From Tubulanus polymorphus (lineage: Eukaryota; Animalia; Nemertea): DNA of 64,000 bases. The position numbers were made by a program, and so were the translations under genes. The stretch's first letter is position 1; every line of letters starts with the position of its first letter. Positions 58,261-64,000 of this stretch are shown one piece after another. The stretch is from positions 5,890,001 through 5,954,000 of the forward strand of contig NC_134028.1 of assembly GCF_964204645.1 (NCBI RefSeq), in the 5' to 3' direction. The notes under the pieces were generated by a model, which saw nothing but the letters and a program-made list of their open reading frames with translations, was not told the origin of the DNA and ran no database searches.

Positions 58261-61200
58261 TGTTTTAGCCCGTTATACCAGCGACCTATGGGATCGATCC
58301 TCACTGTTCGATCTTGGTGTGAGAGTGACTGAGATGAGTGAGCTATTTATCGTCCATTTATAAGTCATTTTGCGAATTATTTGTTCGCATTATCATTAAC
58401 ATATTTCCCTAGCTAATGTTGCATTTCTGAGAACAGAACACAAAATGAGTCGATTAGAAAATGATTCTATTGGGAAATCCATAGCCTGTATTTTTTATTG
58501 GGAATCTAGCATATTCAGGGCGTTTTCTACCCTGGAGAAATATCATTTTCACGCGTGAGGTAAGATTTATTCTTCGAGAAGAGAAAGGATTGTGCGGTAG
58601 ATATCGAAGCTGTAATTAATTTGCTTTCCCAGGTTAGGTTTCGACACGTGGGAATCATGCGTAAAGATATCAAAAGGAAAACTGATAAAAACGAAATAAC
58701 CGCAGCAAAAATCTACGTGATCTATTTCCACAGCGATTGTGCAGTCAAGGTCATTTTAGGACACTTCATGACTAATATCAACTCTCAGAGAGAAAAAAAC
58801 TGAGCTGACCATTCCTTCGATTGAGAAAAGAGTAAAACGTTGTTTAAGTCAATTTGATTTCCTAATTTAGTTTATGATAAATATTTATTTATTTAATCAA
58901 TTCAAAGGGTATATTTCAAAATACTGTGCTTATCAAATCCTGTTGGAGTGCATCAGGGTCTGATTTTGGGAGGGTTGTACCCCAAAATTTGGCATATCAT
59001 ATGATCGCAAGGGCACCCCGAAAAAAAGCGTATTGGAAAACACATTTTTGAAAATACAGAGAACAAGCTTATAAATTTGAACTTTCTTTTTAGGTATAGG
59101 TTAAGTATTTTAGGGGAGGGGGTTAGCGCATATCCCCCTCACCCTCACCCTAATCCACCAATGTATTCATTATCTCTGTTGGCTCAGGACGTACGTTCTT
59201 TCAAAACTATACCACTCGTGGTTCAAAAGTGACGTCACTTGCTCACAGATGGCAATCGGATCGTTGGGTTTAGAAACGAACGAGGAACAACTCTCTTTCC
59301 TCTGCGTGCGATAACATTAATCCTTAATATTGTGAAATTATTGAAAACGACGAACTTTCAAAGGAAAAGAAAGTATTAGCTGCGACAGAATTCGCAAATT
59401 AGATTTACTAGCAAGATACAGGACGAGAGGATTTCGCTGAATGACGTCACTGAAGTAAAATTCAATTTCGCTTCTATCGGATTTGAAAAATATTTACGCC
59501 CTAAGGACATTCTACGCACATTCCCGGTCTTGTCTGCCATATTTGACCATCGCAGGAGCCGTGGCTTGAGAGGGAGTAACGTGACAAACATTTCCTCGCC
59601 ACCCAGTGTGATTCTCCGAAACGACGGTAGCTCGAAAGGGCAATGCGCAATATCATCATCGTCGACACAAAGAGACTCGAGGTAGCGGAGCGAGTGGTGA
59701 ACGATCGATGTCCGTCGTAAAAGAGAGAGGGATGCTGGCTGCTGGCAGCGCGAAAGGTAAGCAAGAAAGAATTAGAATAAATTATTTCATGTGACAGGTT
59801 AACTCTGCGCATAGATACTGATGAGATTCTGTTGTTTTCCTCGATAGAACGGGTTATTTATAAAAGCAGTGAAAGAGAACCATTTATATGTTCGTATCAT
59901 TATCGTGTAATATACTCTAATCGTGTTGAGAATGCGACATCTGCGAATAATGGCGTCTAGCTCACCAGTAGCATTTTCATTATATCAAAATAATGTAGTA
60001 CCAAGATATTTGAGGATGTCGAAGTTCAAATTCTATTGCGTCGGTATAACGGAGATAGGAGGGAGAGGTTTACGAAAATGCGTATAATGTGACCTCGGGC
60101 TACACGGGCTTTAGTCATGGTCGACCTCTACATAATAGATATTCACAAAAGATCTTGTTGTTTGCTCTTTCTTTTCTGGATGAGGCGCGATGCTAGTGAG
60201 AGACCTAATGACTTGTGGACGAGAGAACTATTTGTGGAAATTCGGTTATACATGTACCCATACTCTGCGCATCATGTGCTCATATATCGAATTCCGATGC
60301 GGTTGAGTTCGAGGAACTGGATGGAACTAGATCTGAGCAAATACCGGCTGATGTAACTTCCCTCGCTCTCTTTATCTCGGTGTGAAGCCAAATTGTACCC
60401 GAATAGCAATTTAGCATGGTATATTGCGTCGCGTATTTGATTCATTAAGTCGGCTCATATCCGTGCTAAAAATACCTTTTTGAATTGGTTTGCAAACAGT
60501 CGAGCCTCACTCCCTGATGCCGTCATGAGAAGCACCACACAAAGTAGCCTTTCAATCACACGAACCAATATCGAAATATTTCTTTTTCTCGGCTATAGAA
60601 TATGAAGTCAGTACCTAATCCTAAGCAGCTTTTTTATATGATTTACCGACGGCTAGGTCATTATATCGCCAGCACCGAATATTTGCGGACATAAGTTGAT
60701 CAGTCATTTATCAACTGTCAAACCTGGCTTAATGAATGCTGATCGAGATATCGCGCATCGAATCTCGCTGATGAAAATTCAAAGGTATACTTCATTCGTT
60801 ATTTCACAATGCGAAAATTGTGAAAAGGTTTTCTTTTGTTATCATATATTTAGATATGCATTCTGCAATCAAATTCATTCGTTTAAGACATTAGTACCTA
60901 GCATACAGATTATGCCAAATGATCACGTGGAAATGCTTGTTATCTAAAAGACAGTACAGGTTAGTTCAACAATAACTGCAAAATTGGGTTAAAATGAGTC
61001 CCTTGATACGGGTTCTAAGAAATCGTATTTCTGTGCTTACAAATGCTAAGGCTTTATGTTTCATTTCATTCCAACCGACTTGAATAGTTTCATCAATAAT
61101 TTCTCTATCGAACATGTCAAAAAAGAGATCGATAGAACGAAGGGAATCGCTGGAGATTTCTGCATGCGAACGATAAACCTCTGCACGGATGAGCTAGTTA

Positions 61201-62135
61201 CTTGATATTTAGGCTAAAAAAAAATGATACCTTGTTTCTCCGTAGTCGCCGGGTCATTTTTGTTATAATAAAATTTGTAATCAGTTCTTTTCTATAGATG
61301 CCGGACTGTTATGATAAAATTGATTAAAATGTAATGTACAGGGTAGATAGGCGGCCGGCCGGGTCAACTTTAAAGCTCAGCAGAGAAAATATTTATCATT
61401 TCTTTAGCCTTAGACAGTTATTCATTGGAGGGTGTCATTTGTTCATGGAAAAAGCGATGCCATGTCACATTTTGATTCTATAGAAAATCGTAAACGTTGT
61501 ATTGTTGAGCAAGACACTATTTCCGCTCCAAAGAGCCCAAAATGAATAGATTCCACCACACCGTGTTACTGCACGTGAGTGTTTCACAAGCGCTCCAGTT
61601 CTCTGAGTGAAAACAGTGACTTTGTGGTGGTTAGGAAAAAAACTTGATCATTTCCGGTGAACATCCCGTGACACGGAATTCGGAAGAAGCGCGCACACTG
61701 TGTGGGGGACTGAAATCACGTGTTGGTTTCGTTGTAACCGGGCGGCCAACGCACGAGATCTAAATAGTACAAGTAATTGTATGTACACGATTGTGCTTAT
61801 TACTTAACTCATCTGTATTTACTTTCTACAACCTACATAGAGGCTTACAGATGGTTATGGGTACAGATAATAGTATCTCAAATTGTCATTCTTTCATTTT
61901 GACATTGATTTATTTCAGTTAGAATATCTGTTTTTCTTTCGTTGCAGGAACGATGGTGAAACCGATTTGAACAGCGTGTATCGGTGCTGGACTGCGCGCC
62001 GTTGTGGCATTAAGATCTTTGCCCACAATATGGTGGTCAACGCGGTGCATTTGGTGAAGAAAAAATGAATTTTGGGCGATAGCGTCGAATGAGATCTATA
62101 TATCGCGAAACAATCAAACGGAAACGTCGTAAAAT

Positions 62136-62862
62136 ATGACCGAACAAAATCTTAAAGTGGCCCCAGCGTCACCCGAAAGTTCAAACACCGTCAGGATGAT
62201 CGATTCGAAAAAGATGCCGAAAAAACTCAAAACCAAGAAGACGCCCAAAGTTTATCCGACCGATCCGAAAATCGGAGAGTTTTTCATATTTCTTATCTGC
62301 GGCCTCATACAAAACATCATCGGCGGAGGGATTCTTTATTCGGTCGGTTTATACATAAAGGTTTGGATGAAATCGTTTAATGTCGGAAGCGGAACGGCAT
62401 CTTGGCTCGGTACTATGACAACCGGCACTCTGTGTATTCTGGGTAAGCTTGGTCTTTTAGCGAGTAAATAGTATATACACGCGTAGAATTTAAATTGAAT
62501 TACATTTCACTGTAATTCCAAGAACGAATGATGTATCCATTTTCGTAAAAAAAACATGTTTTAAAAAGTGAAATATTTTCCATTTAACAAGTGTTTGTCA
62601 GTTGATTATTCAGTATTTCTTAAAGTAAAAAGCGTCCGTTCCTTTTCATATATCGTATGTATAAAATGATATCATACATATTGGATTAAATCTTTTATTT
62701 TTGTCATAACTATTTTAGGACCATTGGCGAGTTATTTGGTTTCGAAGTTTGGTACGAGAAGTGTTGTGTTTGTCGGTGCGGTAGTGGCCGCTATATCGAT
62801 TACTGCGTCATCCTTGGTGGATAACGTTTACGTACTAATGTTGACATACGGCATTGGGACAG
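62136..62862 (+). CDS. Monocarboxylate transporter (SLC16/MFS) family, 5' part; exons 62136-62442 and 62719-62862, continuing beyond
   Basis: [49 protein letters not shown] and [10 protein letters not shown] are typical of SLC16 TM1-4. Confidence 0.85.
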
Positions 62863-62905
62863 GTGCGTTAAAGTTGGCCACATAAATATGTCAAGTGTTC
62901 AAACG

Positions 62906-63078
<173 letters not shown>

Positions 63079-64000
63079 GCGCATCGATCATTCTGTATTC
63101 CTAGTTTTTTTTTTATTTCGACAATATCGAAAATTCATTTACGTATTTTTGATGATATTCGAATTGAAAAACAAGTCTATAACGAACGCTTAGCATTCAT
63201 TTTGCCATTTTCTTCGGGTCTTCCATGTCAATTCTCATGCGATTTTCGTTTTGAGGGCAAGCAGTTATTTTGTATAAATTATTGTATATATAATATAACT
63301 TCCGAACAAGCTATCGGATTATTTTCCATTCAACACCTGTTATTTGTGCATAGTGGTGATATCAGAATATTTGCGTTGAAACGAAGTAGATTTGTATCAG
63401 AGTTCAACAGCTGGTTTCCATCTTGCGTGACCCTAGTTAGCTAATGTTTGATATTTTCCCCACTGTTGAATTAGTTGCCAATTTTGCGCTTATAGCGAGA
63501 ACCCTGCATAGGCTTTCCGGTGTGAAAATCGATGCGCGAACAATATAACACCGAATATCGACAGTATAGAGTATTGAAAGGTGATACAAATATAGTAGTT
63601 CGCCTGATGATTAATGATCCTGGGGAAGAATTTGGAGTGAGGGAGATGATGGCTATCAGCAACGATTCGCAATAACGGATTCGTATTACTAGCACGTTAC
63701 GTTTAGCATGGCGATAGAGAATATCTAGTATCATTACACATCACAGCCTAACATCGGCGGAAGTCGTTCGGCAGACTATATGCGTGTGTGTCAAGTGCCC
63801 TTCGCTTGCGGCTCTCGGCCAAAACAATTTCCAATATCTGCCTCAACTTAAATCGTTTTACGGCGTGTTTTAATTGCGAGTAGAATCAAAACTGCCCTAT
63901 CAAAACAACCTGTTGTAGATCAAATGAAATGGTCAAATGAAATCGTTTAGCACAAGTCTTGCTTTATAGAATTCATTGCCAAAATCTATTCGAGATATAA

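Noticed and set aside
57413-58363. Overlapping alternative-frame and antisense ORFs in the GPCR
   Set aside because: Expected in GC-richer coding sequence; no independent support.

Overview
This is AT-rich, compact, intron-containing eukaryotic DNA from an invertebrate animal (the lineage is inferred, not determined). There are no prokaryotic features. Gene models were built by hand from GT/AG splice sites and reading-frame phase. Left to right: a poorly defined minus-strand gene running off the left edge (possibly formin-like, apparently with several alternative first exons); an ankyrin-repeat gene (-); a minimal astacin metalloprotease with micro-exons (+); two fatty acid hydroxylase/sterol desaturase paralogues (+ and -) flanking a triplicated segment; a tandem pair of intronless orphan genes; an orphan 293-aa ORF; RhoGDI (-) head-to-head with adrenodoxin reductase FDXR (+); an intronless class A GPCR (-); and the start of an SLC16/MCT transporter (+). 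Each unit of the triplicated segment carries an intact secreted cysteine-rich PAN/apple-like gene, unit 3 also carries a desaturase pseudogene fragment, and a fourth divergent PAN-like paralogue lies near 55 kb. Several MITE-type elements with terminal inverted repeats and target-site duplications, two long palindromes and (TA)n tracts are present. The two best leads are (1) the tandem orphan proteins at 40.0-41.7 kb, which combine two FFAT-like motifs, a Cys-Cys/amphipathic/polybasic segment and SILK-like + RVxF PP1-docking motifs, suggesting a membrane-contact-site PP1 adaptor, and (2) the PAN-like secreted family, whose first domain has hypervariable loops while the second is nearly invariant.
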